This document shows, piece after piece, positions 21,909 to 32,796 of a DNA stretch of 33,722 bases (the first letter of the stretch is position 1; every line of letters begins with the position of its first letter). The notes beneath the pieces were generated by a model. That model worked only from the letters and a program-made list of their open reading frames with translations. It did no database searches and was not told the DNA's origin. A program made the translations under genes and the position numbers. Source of the DNA: Macrostomum lignano (lineage: Eukaryota); the NCBI GenBank assembly GCA_002269645.1, contig NIVC01004839.1, forward strand, positions 1-33,722. The letters are read 5' to 3'.

Positions 21909-23768
21909 GACCAGGATCTCGTATTACTGGATTGGTTTCAAGATTGCATTGGATCAAGGCACGTTTCAAAGATTACTTGGGTCAGAAGACTTTGCCGAAG
22001 TTTGTCTTGGGGGAATTTGTCTAAGACAAGCATAGCAGTTTCCAGTATATCCATACCAGTAAACATATTGGATTATAAAAGCAAAACTACGATCTTCAGA
22101 AATACACTTTTTGCTGTTTGTGTTAGTTTCTCTTAGTTTAATGACTAAAATACATTGACTGGCAAAGAATACACTACTGATATAAGTATAAGAATATCGA
22201 GCAACTTGACGAAAAGCACAGCTAAAATATGCACGTTGCAAACGGCTTGGCGGATGCTGTGTAGGAAATGAAATCCCGGGATTGACTAGATTGCATTTCA
22301 GTATACATAATTATAATTTGTTTACAAAATTACCGCAAAAAACTGTTTGCGTTCGAACAATTAGCCATCCCCGGATCGAGTCCAAAATCCCTCGGGAACC
22401 CGCCACGTGACTTCCCGGGGACCGGGACTGCTCAGGGGGACGAAACGGATGCGCTGCACGCGACGTGTGCGTGCACAATGGCCCATCTGCTGTCTGCATA
22501 GCCGCCATGCAAAGCACCAATACTCGCTTGAAGTGCACCGCCGACAAATTGTTTATGCATGATATCGGCATAACTTGCGTCTTGCCCGCAGGACTATATG
22601 ATAGGCTTAGCACTGTGGATTTAGCTTTTTTACATATACAGGGCACTAGAAAGTTGTGGCACCGGCCACTTCACCGTTATGTTTGCATCTATACGAGAAT
22701 AAAATTGCGTTTTTATCGTTATTTTTCTAAGCCTGCATGCAATGTCTGGAGCTGGAATGCGTTCATTCGAGAACTTTATGAAAACGATGATTTCAAACGA
22801 TGGTTGAAACAAAGCTACATACTAAAAAGTACATAGTGTACATGTTACTTTGCCCAGCACTGATGTTATTGTGTACATCCACCCTCGTTCTTTCACCCAG
22901 ACACACAAACTTAGTTTTAGCCATTGTTCCACAGTTGCTCCCCAAAATACAGTCAAAGACCACTAGAAGTTACCGTTGTATCAGGTCAGGACGCGGCACG
23001 CTTAAATATTGCAAAATTATTTGAAGGCCGGCTTGCTTGTATTGCAACTAAACATCAATTTAATGCTTTTTTTAATGCAAACATCGCTAAATATACAAGC
23101 AAACAACCGAGCCTTCAAAAAATACAAATTTTCGAGTTGCATCCTGATACAACCGTAGTGGCTTTTGAGTCTCTGCGTCTGGATGAAAGACGTGCTCAAA
23201 CATGATTGCGCCAGGTAAAAATTACCAGCTTGATTTTAACAACAGGTAAAAAGTAAAGCTACTCGTAAATCTGTAATCTGCAAGAAGGGTCCACGTGACC
23301 CGGTACAAAACAATATCTGAGCGTCCTAATCTGACACTTAAGTTCCAACTTTGTTTATAAAACGACCCCTGATCGTACTAAATAGCTCAAATAAAACTTT
23401 TTTGATCAAAAGTTTTTGCCGTCGCCCAGGAGATCATTATAAACGATGGGTCTTGCTTGCTGTCTCTTTTAAGCAAATAGATAAGACTCTACTGAGTGCA
23501 GGAACTTTTAACAGAAATGGCCTAGAGTTTGAGCAAAATTCGCAGAACTCGCGCTACAGTTCTCAAATTATCGTAATCACTGCAATATCGGCCGTAGCCA
23601 GTTCTAGACACTCAATTGAGACAATTAACTCTGAGGTTGGGGTCTAATTTACTGTCCCCGCGGCTCTCTGTTAATTGTTCTCGGCAGACAATTATACAGT
23701 TGAAAATCAATACTCATTTCTTATCTAAAGCGGGCCGCGTTTTGGAGAAATACTCGTAAATTAGTTCA

Positions 23769-23895
23769 ATGCCTCTATGGCTGCTGCTCTGGCTGCTTAT
23801 CTATTGCAGCACCGATGCTGCGGAGCACATTGGGAACATAAATTGGTCGAGGTTGCTGAATACGAATTTATTGGTACAACAACGGGCCCCGGACA
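23769..23895 (+). CDS. Tentative first coding exon of the GPCR (signal-peptide-like)
   Basis: MPLWLLLWLLIYCSTDA-AEHIGNINWSR... has a hydrophobic leader and an NWS sequon. Candidate phase-1 donor A|gtcaga at 23896 is in frame with the acceptor at 26538. Confidence 0.4.
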
Positions 23896-24104
23896 GTCAG
23901 ATCATATGAAACTTTTAATTTGAACAAATCTCAATAAATAGAATTCAAATCTATAGGAAAAATAGCGAATGGTTCGAGTTTTTCATTGCCTAGGTGTCTG
24001 ACTGACTGCCGATTTTCTTGTATCACCTTTGTTCTCTTAGTCTCACCTCTGCTCCCTATCATTTCTTCTACTCGCATCACAAATTTACTCTCTGTCTCCT
24101 TTTT

Positions 24105-26368
24105 GTATCACCTTTGTTCTCCGGATCTCTTCTGTTGTCTCACATTTACTCTCCGTCTCTTCTGTTGTCTCACCTTTACTCTCCGTCTCTTCTGTTGTCT
24201 CACCTTTACTCTCCGTCTCTTCTGTTGTCTCACCTTTACTCTCCGTCTCTTCTGTTGTCTCAGCTTTACTCTCCGTCTCTTCTGTTGTCTCACCTTTACT
24301 CTCCGTCTCTTCTGTTGTCTCACATTTACTCTCCGTCTCTTCTGTTGTCTCACCTTTACTCTCCGTCTCTTCTGTTGTCTCACCTTTACTCTCCGTCTCT
24401 TCTGTTGTCTCAGCTTTACTCTCCGTCTCTTCTGTTGTCTCACCTTTACACTCTCCGGATCTCTTCTGTTGTCTCACATTTACTCTCCGTCTCTTCTGTT
24501 GTCTCACCTTTACTCTCCGTCTCTTCTGTTGTCTCACCTTTACTCTCCGTCTCTTCTGTTGTCTCACCTTTACTCTCCGTCTCTTCTGTTGTCTCACCTT
24601 TACTCTCCGTCTCTTCTGTTGTCTCACCTTTACACTCTCCGGATCTCTTCTGTTGTCTCACCTTTACTCTCCGTCTCTTCTGTTGTCTCACCTTTACTCT
24701 CCGTCTCTTCTGTTGTCTCACATTTACTCTCCGTCTCTTCTGTTGTCTCACCTTTACTCTCCGTCTCTTCTGTTGTCTCACCTTTACTCTCCGTCTCTTC
24801 TGTTGTCTCACCTTTACTCTCCGTCTCTTCTGTTGTCTCACATTTACTCTCCGTCTCTTCTGTTGTCTCACCTTTACTCTCCGTCTCTTCTGTTGTCTCA
24901 CCTTTACACTCTCCGGATCTCTTCTGTTGTCTCACCTTTACTCTCCGTCTCTTCTGTTGTCTCACCTTTACTCTCCGTCTCTTCTGTTGTCTCACATTTA
25001 CTCTCCGTCTCTTCTGTTGTCTCACCTTTACTCTCCGTCTCTTCTGTTGTCTCACCTTTACTCTCCGTCTCTTCTGTTGTCTCACCTTTACTCTCCGGAT
25101 CTCTTCTGTTGTCTCATCTTTACTCTCAGGATCTTCTGTTGTCTCACCTTTACTCTCCGGATCTCTTCTGTTGTCTCATCTTTACTCTCCGTCTTTTCTG
25201 TTGTCTCACCTTTACTCTCCGTCTCTTCTGTTGTCTCACCTTTACTCTCCGTCTCTTCTGTTGTCTCACCTTTACTCTCCGTCTCTTCTGTTGTCTCACC
25301 TTTACTCTCCGTCTCTTCTGTTGTCTCACCTTTACTCTCCGTCTCTTCTGTTGTCTCACATTTACTCTCCGTCTCTTCTGTTGTCTCACCTTTACTCTCC
25401 GTCTCTTCTGTTGTCTCACCTTTACTCTCCGGATCTCTTCTGTTGTCTCACATTTACTCTCCGTCTCTTCTGTTGTCTCACCTTTACTCTCCGTCTCTTC
25501 TGTTGTCTCATCTTTACTCTCTGGATCTTCTGTTGTCTCACCTTTACTCTCCGGATCTCTTCTGTTGTCTCACCTTTACTCTCCGTCTCTTCTGTTGTCT
25601 CACCTTTACTCTCCGTCTCTTCTGTTGTCTCACATTTACTCTCCGTCTCTTCTGTTGTCTCACCTTTACTCTCCGTCTCTTCTGTTGTCTCATCTTTACT
25701 CTCTGGATCTTCTGTTGTCTCACCTTTACTCTCCGGATCTCTTCTGTTGTCTCACCTTTACTCTCCGTCTCTTCTGTTGTCTCACCTTTACTCTCCGTCT
25801 CTTCTGTTGTCTCACCTTTACTCTCCGTCTCTTCTGTTGTCTCACCTTTACTCTCCGTCTCTTCTGTTGTCTCACATTTACTCTCCGTCTCTTCTGTTGT
25901 CTCACCTTTACTCTCCGTCTCTTCTGTTGTCTCACCTTTACTCTCCGGATCTCTTCTGTTGTCTCATCTTTACTCTCTGGATCTTCTGTTGTCTCACCTT
26001 TACTCTCCGGATCTCTTCTGTTGTCTCATCTTTACTCTCTGGATCTTCTCGTTGTCTCATGGACTCTCTGGATCTCTTCTGTTGTCTCACCTTTACTCTC
26101 CGTCTCTTCTGTTGTCTCACCTTTACTCTCCGGATCTCTTCTGTGGTCTCACCTTTACTCTCCGGATCTCTTGTCTCACCTTTACTCTCCGTCTCTTCTG
26201 TTGTCTCACCTTTACTCTCCGTCTCTTCTGTTGTCTCATCTTTACTCTCTGGATCTTCTCGTTGTCTCATGGACTCTCTGGATCTCTTCTGTGGTCTCAC
26301 CTTTACTCTCCGGATCTCTTGTCTCACCTTTACTCTCCGTCTCTTCTGTTGTCTCACCTTTACTCTCC
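24105..26368. repeat. 30-bp pyrimidine-rich minisatellite, ~74 copies
   Basis: Unit CTCTTCTGTTGTCTCACCTTTACTCTCCGT, with 32- and 34-bp variants (CCGGATC, TTTACACTC). The 800-aa ORFs arise because the unit length is a multiple of 3 and lacks stops. Confidence 0.97.
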
Positions 26369-26538
26369 ATCCCCTTTCTTGTATAGTCTAATCTATAATT
26401 TACATCTCTTTTGTTGTCTTGTCTCACCTATACTAATTTATCTACTTTGTCTCCTATAAAATATCAACTTCTCGTATTATCTATCACCTTTGCTTTTTGC
26501 AACCTTTTCTTATTTCCACCCAGTCTCTCGTTCTATAG

Positions 26539-26837
26539 TCAAAACGATTCGATGGCAAGTGCAGCTGCGCCCTTCACCCACGCAGCAGCAAGCCAGGGCC
26601 GCTGAGCCCCGAGCTCAAACTCCAATTCCCAGTCACGCCACTCGCCAAAGTGTTTGCTCAAATTGTGTCGCCACTCTGCCCCCCCCCCCAACTGACGTTA
26701 TCTGCCTCTGCAATTGCGCCAGGGGCTGCACCAAAAAAACCCCAATCGAACCTCCACCTAGGGGCTCGTCTTGTCACCTTATTAACAATTCTGAGCTCCG
26801 GTTGAAGCTGCGCTCGCCCGGCGCCACGCAGAAGACG
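26539..26837 (+). CDS. Tentative GPCR N-terminal exon (Pro/Cys-containing); 3' boundary uncertain
   Basis: Acceptor ttctatag| at 26538, then open frame KTIRWQVQLRPSPTQQQ...CSNC...CLCNC...INNSE...QKT. Phase-0 donor candidates at 26838, ~26893 and ~27071. Confidence 0.35.
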
Positions 26838-27372
26838 GTTGTAGGGGGGGGGCATAAATTTCAGCGTTCGGGCGCCCCAATATGGCGCTGGCAGGTGCTC
26901 TTATCGGGCTCGCACATACTAAGAAATTGGCATTTCGCGCTGTTTGTTTCAGGTTGCACAGGCGGCCACAGGCGCACTCGGATAGTCGGTTGCCGCTCCG
27001 AGCTCGCACTCCGATTTCCAATTTCCGTGCTTCAGCAGGCTGACGCCAGCAGGGCAGGGGGAGGCGGTGGGGTAAATTAAACGTGCCGTTTTTGTTGATC
27101 TGTGTTGCCAGGGTGAGATAACTAAAATCCTGAGTGGGGGGGATGAAGTTGAAGGCTTCGAGGACCTGTCATCTGACATGCAGCGAGCTTATTCGCAATG
27201 CACCTGTTTACTTGGAGTTCAGACAGATTTATTATAAAACATCAGGTGTTCCTTTAAGCCTGTTTAAAGTTCTCTTATTAAGAGAGACTTGTTGAGAGAC
27301 AGCAGAAGTTGAGCCTTCTGAAATTGCATCATTACCTGACCCTCTTATTGGTTAAATTGTGTCATATTTCTG

Positions 27373-27620
27373 CTCATGAACTCACTCATGGACTCATGAG
27401 CTCACTCATGGACTCATGAACTCACTTATGGGGTCATAAACTCACTCATGGGCTCATGAACTCACTCATGGACTCATGAGCTCACTCATGGGCTCATGAA
27501 CTCACTTATGGGGTCATAAACTCACTCGTGGACTCATGAACTCACTCATGGACTTATAAACTCACTCATGAGCTCTCTCATGAACTCACTCTTAATTTCT
27601 TTCATAAACTCACGGACTCA
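27373..27620. repeat. 20-bp minisatellite CTCATGAACTCACTCATGGA, ~12 copies
   Basis: Direct inspection. It is the reverse complement of the TGAGTGAGTTCA family at 29969-31074. Confidence 0.92.
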
Positions 27621-27637
27621 CGCACAATCTGCCCAAG

Positions 27638-28078
27638 ACGCCTTCGAATTATTCGCTATGTCTGGAGTTGACATTATGGGTAGCCTTGCTCTAGGAGACT
27701 CAGAGGGAAAGTTGATATTTGCAAGAAAAGTTGGACGGCCAAGGCTCGCTAGCTTTCCTACCTGCCTGGGTCATATTTTTCTGATCTGTACATCAGCGCG
27801 CCGAGATGGATCATTGCTCTAGGTCGAGGGAAAGTTGATATTTGCAAGAAAAGTTCGGCCAAGGCTCGCTAGCTTTCCTACCTGCCTGGGTCATATTTTT
27901 CTGATTGTACCTGCGCGCCGAGATGGATCGGACCGGACAGAATCCCTGCGACAGGCGGAGCTCTGGCCTAGCAAACAGACTGCTGGTTGGCCTAATCGAC
28001 ATCCGCGGTCTTTCCTCGGTTCGCCTGTCTGTCGGCTTTGCTCAATTCGTTATGGATTATGCATACATGCCGGTTTCA
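27638..28078 (+). CDS. GPCR exon covering TM1-TM2 and the start of TM3 (disrupted by indels and a 128-bp duplication)
   Basis: Fragments LIFARK..RPRLASF, SDLYISAPRWI (TM2 Asp/Pro) and GFAQFVMDYAYMPVS. Donor TCA|gttagg at 28079 joins in phase 0 to VCINAATAVRNW at 31114. Confidence 0.6.
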
Positions 28079-28250
28079 GTTAGGAGTCTTGGAATCCACC
28101 CGAGCTGGGGATGTCTAAGCAGTACTTGGACGGAGGCTTAATTACTGCTGGGATGCCAGCTACTTGGGAAAGAAATTATTTTATATAAGGGTACAGAGAG
28201 CTAAGTAAAGAGAAAGGAAGGCTAGGGAGGTGAAGGGTACATAGGAAGTT

Positions 28251-28376
28251 AAGGGTAGAAAGGCAGTTAAAAGGGTAAAAAAGCAGTTAAAAGGGTAGAA
28301 AAGCAGTTAAAAGGGTAGAAAGGCAGTTAAAAGGGTAGAAAAAGTTGAGGGTAGAAAAGAAACGGAGGGTAGAAAG
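28251..28376. repeat. Short 20-bp purine-rich tandem repeat AAAAGGGTAGAAAAGCAGTT
   Basis: About 4 good plus 2 degenerate copies. Confidence 0.85.
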
Positions 28377-28389
28377 TTCCTGTCCTGAA

Positions 28390-28948
28390 TCAGAGTGCAG
28401 ATGCATGCTTCTATTCCAATCCTACTCACTTCACAGGACTTCACAGGGAGCTTTTGCCGCAGCAAATGCGAGGCAGACAGGCAGTTTCCATCCATTAGCG
28501 ACCTCTAGCATAAATCATTTCTCAGGGAAATTCTGCTTCTGGTAGAGAATGTTAATCAGCTTCGAGAACGTGCCGAAAAGAAGCAGGAAAAGAAAAAGTT
28601 TTGACAACTCCCTAGGGACCGGGATCTCATCTGCACCATGAGACTTGTGCTCTAAAAAAATTGAAAAACTGTTAGATAAATTCAGCTTCAGATCATGTTT
28701 TGTACTCAGTAGGTGTCTCAGTATGTCTGCAGCTTGAAGTCTCATGTCCCTCGACCACTTACTGCAGGTGTTGTTTACAAGTTTCAGTGCCCTGAGGATC
28801 AGAAAATCTCTTGCATAGGGAAAACGAAGCGACAACTGTACACTAGGATCAAGGAGTATTGGACTAAAAGATCAGCCTTCCAAGAACACCTGCTCACGTG
28901 TGACTCATGTTGTAGCAGCAAACCTCTCGACTTGTTTAAGATCCAGTA
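28390..28948 (+). mobile_element. Penelope-like element fragment (RT C-terminal linker plus GIY-YIG endonuclease)
   Basis: SLKSHVPRPLTAGVVYKFQCPEDQKISCIGKTKRQLYTRIKEY...SAFQEHLLTC matches the PLE GIY-YIG pattern VVY..C..YIG.T.R.L..RI.EH. The upstream part is decayed and the left boundary is approximate. Confidence 0.8.
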
Positions 28949-29835
28949 GCTAGATTTCCAGTTAGATTTGCTGTAGCTAGATTTCCTGTAGCTAGATTTC
29001 CTGTAGCTAGATTTCCTGTAGATAGATTTCCTGTACCTAGATTTCCTGCAGCTAGATTTCCTGTACCTAGATTTCCTGTAGCTAGATTTCCTGTAGCTAG
29101 ATTTCCTGTAGCTAGATTTCCTGTAGCTAGATTTCCTGTAGCTAGATCTCCTGTAGCTAGATTTCCTGTAGCTAATTTCCTGTAGCTAGATTTCCTGCAG
29201 CTAGATTTCCTGTACCTAGATTTCCTGTAGCTAGATTTCCTGTAGCTAATTTCCAGTAGTTAGATTTCCAGTTAGATTTCCTTTAGCTAGATTTTCAGTA
29301 GTTAAATTTCCTGTAGTTAGATTTCCTGTAGCTAGATTTCCTGTAGCTAGATTTCCTGTAGCTAGATTTCCTGTAGCTAGATCTCCTGTAGCTAGATTTC
29401 CTGTAGCTAGATTTCCTGTAGCTAGATTTCCTGTAGCTAGATTTCCTGTAGCTAGATTTCCTGTAGCTAGATTTCCTGTAGCTAGATCTCCTGTAGCTAG
29501 ATCTCCTGTAGCTAGATTTCCTGTAGCTAGATTTCCTGTAGCTAGATTTCCAGTAGCTAGATTTCCAGTAGTTAGATTTCCAGTAGTTAAATTTCCAGTT
29601 AGATTTCCTGTAGCTAGATTTCCTGTAGCTAGATTTCCTGTAGCTAGATTTCCTTTAGCTAGATTTTCAGTAGTTAAATTTCCAGTTAGATTTCCTGTAG
29701 CTAGATTTCCTGTAGCTAGATTCCTGTAGCTAGATTTCCTGTAGCTAGATTTCCTGTAGCTAGATTTCCTGTACTAGATTTCCTGTAGCTAGATCTCCTG
29801 TAGCTAGATTTCCTGTAGCTAGATTTCCTGTAGCT
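28947..29835. repeat. 15-bp minisatellite TAGCTAGATTTCCTG, ~59 copies
   Basis: Direct inspection. Confidence 0.96.
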
Positions 29836-29968
29836 GATTCTGAGTGATTTAGTAGTCAGATTTCCATGAGTAGAGTTCTGTGAGCATAGAGTGCGTCCTG
29901 AGCTGAGTTTCATGATAGATTCTGTGAGTGAGTTTCACTGAGCTTGATTCAATGATTGGGTAGTTATG

Positions 29969-30246
29969 ATGAGTTCATGAGAGTTCATGAGTGAGTTCCA
30001 TGAGTGAGTTCATGAGTGAGTTCATGATTGAGATTATGAGTGAGTTCATGAGTGAGTTCAAAAGTAAGTTCATAAGTGAGTTCATGAGTGAGTTCATGAT
30101 TGAGTTCATGAGTGAGTTCCATGGGTGAGTTCATGAGTGAGTCCATGGGTGAGTTCATGAGTGAGTCATGATGAGTTCATGAGTGAGTTCATGATGAGTT
30201 CATAACTGAGTTCATGAGGGAGTTCATGATTGAGTTCATAGCTGAG
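29969..30246. repeat. 12-bp TGAGTGAGTTCA minisatellite, block 1
   Basis: Direct inspection. Shares the diagnostic variant GAGTTCAAAAGTAAGTTCATAAG with block 2. Confidence 0.92.
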
Positions 30247-30285
30247 TACATCAGCTCGCTCTCATCGCCGCTGCCCGCGCCGCAG

Positions 30286-30500
30286 GTGTGCATCAACGCA
30301 GCACGGCGGTCCGCAACTGGAACATGGTGGTGCTGAGCCTGTCCCGCTGCGAGCTGGTCTGGTACCCGATCCCGTCCCGCGGCCAGCAGCTCATCTTCAC
30401 CATGCGCCGCTCAAGCTGCTTCTGGGCCTCATCGTGGCAGCCGGCCTCGTCCTCGGCTGCCTTGCCGCGCCTCGAATACATCGGCGTGGTCTGCGAGAAC
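30286..30500 (+). pseudogene. Truncated duplicate of the 5' part of the GPCR TM3-TM5 exon
   Basis: Nearly identical to 31114-31328, including the acceptor region, and differs only by small indels. Identity stops at GAGAAC (30500). Confidence 0.8.
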
Positions 30501-30579
30501 CTCGCTGCTGCAGGTGCGTCTTGAGCACTGTGTACTCAACTAACTAATCATTAGCTGGGAGTGAGTTTGTGCACTACTT

Positions 30580-31074
30580 GAGTTCATGATTGGGTTTATT
30601 AGTGAGTTCATGAGTGAGTTCATGATTGAGTTCATGAGTGGGTTCATGAGTGAGTTCATGATTGAGTTTATGAGTGAGTTCATGAGTGAGTTCAAAAGTA
30701 AGTTCATAAGTGAGTTCATGAGTGAGTTCATGATTGAGTTCATGAGTGAGTTCATGATTGAGTTCATGAGTGAGTTCATGATTGAGTTCATGAGTGAGTT
30801 CATGATCGAGTTCATGAGTGAGTCCATGGGTGATTTCATGAGCGAGTTCATGATTGAGTTCATGAGTGAGTTCATGGGTGAGTTCAAAAGTAAGTTCATA
30901 AGTGAGTTCATGAGTGAGTTCATGATTGAGTTCATGAGTGAGTCCATGGGTGAGTTCATGAGTGAGTTCATGAGTGAGTTCATGAGTGAGTTCATGAGTG
31001 AGTTCATGAGTGAGTTCATGATTGAGTTCATAACTAAGTTCATGAGGGAGTTCATGAGTGAGTTCATAGCTGAG
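30580..31074. repeat. 12-bp TGAGTGAGTTCA minisatellite, block 2
   Basis: Direct inspection. The MSEF/MNSL ORFs are repeat translations. Confidence 0.95.
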
Positions 31075-31113
31075 TACATCAGCTCGCTCTCATCGCCGCT
31101 GCCCCGCCCGCAG

Positions 31114-31741
31114 GTGTGCATCAACGCAGCCACGGCGGTCCGCAACTGGAACATGGTGGTGCTGAGCCTGTCCCGCTGCGAGCTGGTCTGGTACCGATCC
31201 CGTCCCGCGGCCAGCAGCTCATCTTCACCATGCGCCGGCTCAAGCTGCTTCTGGGCCTCATCGTGGCAGCCGGCCTCGTCCTCGGCTGCCTGCCCGCCTC
31301 GAATACATCGGCGTGGTCTGCGAGAACATCAGCGACCCAGAGATGGGCTCCGTGGTGATGCGCCCTCTGCTCAGCGGAGTTCAGCTGCACCAGCCGCCGC
31401 CTCCGTCGCCGTCCGCGCCGCCCGCGGTCCTGAGCGGCGATTCCAACCTGTCTGGCGGCAATTTCAGCCAGCAGTCTCTGCTGCTAGAAGCGGCAACAGC
31501 TGAGGCCGATCGGCGCCCCGGCCTGCCGTCCATCGCCTTTTACACCTTCCAGTCGCTGCTGCCGCCGCTAATCATCCCCTTCCCCACCGTGCTGATGCTG
31601 CTGAAGCTTCGGCGAGCCCGGCAGGTGACCAGAATCCTGCAACTGTCGAGGAGCTCCAATTTTCAACTGCCGCTCGAGGGCCGACCTGCGGCTGCTGATG
31701 CGGAGAGGGACTTCCGAGCAGCAGCCCCAGCAGCCAGCCAG
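31114..31741 (+). CDS. GPCR exon: TM3 end, TM4, long ECL2, TM5, start of ICL3 (frameshifted)
   Basis: Acceptor ccgcag|GTG and donor CAG|gtaaga at 31742. Merging with the duplicate gives VCINAATAVRNWNMVVLSLSRCELVWYPIPSRGQQLIFTMRRLKLLLGLIVAAGLVLGCLPRLEY...IAFYTFQSLLPPLIIPFPTVLMLLKLRRAR. Confidence 0.85.
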
Positions 31742-31785
31742 GTAAGAGATTGCCCTGCTGACTTTCACGGTTTCTGAGTTACCGC

Positions 31786-32318
31786 AGACTCAAATCCCAG
31801 AAGACTCAAATTCCAGTAGACTCAAATCCCAGTAGACTCGAATCCCAGTAGACTCAAATCCCAGTAGACTCAGATCCCAGTAGACTCAAATTCCAGTAGA
31901 CTCAAATTCCAGTAGACTCAAATTCCAGTAGACTCAAAATCCCAGTAGACTCAAATCCCAGTAGACTCAAATCCCAGTAGACTCGAATCCCAGTAGACTT
32001 GAATCCCAGTAGACTCAAATCTCATGCAGTAGACTCAAATCCCAGAAGACACAAATCCCAGTAGACGCAATTCCAAGTAGATTGAAATCCCATGCAGTAG
32101 ACTCAATTCCCAGTAGACTCAAATCCCAGTAGACTCAATTCCCAGTAGATTCAAATTCCATGCAGTAGACTCAAATCCCAGTAGACTCAAATCTCATGCA
32201 GTAGACTCAAATCCCAGTAGACTCAAATCTCATGCAGTAGACTCAAATCCCAGTAGACTCAAATCCCAGTAGACTCAAATCTCATGCAGTAGACTCAAAT
32301 CCCAGTAGACTCAAATCC
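31786..32318. repeat. 16-bp minisatellite GACTCAAATCCCAGTA (20-bp CTCATGCAGTA variant), ~31 copies
   Basis: Direct inspection; fills most of the 31742-32386 intron. Confidence 0.95.
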
Positions 32319-32386
32319 TTAGATCCCGACTCGAAAAGGATTCGATTCCATGAAATATCTCATGAGCTCGCATCCTCAACTGGCAG

Positions 32387-32675
32387 ATCTCACTCGCTGC
32401 GCAGTCAGCAGCAGCAGCCCACCGAGAGGCTCTCGTCGTCGCAGTCGAGCTCGTACGCGGCGCAGCAATATCGAACCTCCGTGTTGGTGCTGGCCCTGGT
32501 GTTAATATTCTGCCTGCTCGAGTCGCCAACCTTTCTGAGCACGCTGTCTCACTACCTGCTGCCCAAGCTTGACCTGCTGGGCCACAATACCATCTTCATT
32601 GTCAACATCCTGACCGTGATGGACTCGCTGCTCAACTTCTTTGTTTACGCCGCCGCGAGCTCAACATTCCGTCAG
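32387..32675 (+). CDS. GPCR exon: end of ICL3, TM6, TM7, helix 8 start
   Basis: Acceptor ggcag| and donor CAG|gtttgt. RTSVLVLALVLIFCLLESPTFL (TM6) and IVNILTVMDSLLNFFVYAAASSTFRQ (NPxxY-type TM7 of peptide-receptor-like class A GPCRs). Confidence 0.9.
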
Positions 32676-32699
32676 GTTTGTTAGCTGCCGACGTTCCAG

Positions 32700-32796
32700 A
32701 TCCCAAAGTCCGAATCCCTAAGTCCCAAATCCCAAAGTCCGAATCCCAAAGTCCCAAATCCCAAAGTCCCGAATCCCTAAGTCCCAAATCCCAAAG
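32700..32796. repeat. 14/15-bp tandem repeat CCCAAAGTCC(C)(G/A)AAT, ~7 copies
   Basis: Direct inspection; fills the short last intron. Confidence 0.88.

Noticed and set aside
23986-26459. 800-aa ORFs
   Set aside because: Products of the 30-bp array; all frames are open.
30540-31503. MSEF / MNSL repeat proteins
   Set aside because: Translations of the 12-bp array upstream of a true acceptor.
317-32318. Regular arrays (42, 34, 30, 28 bp) as CRISPR
   Set aside because: Units are head-to-tail with no unique spacers, there are no cas genes, and the context is eukaryotic.
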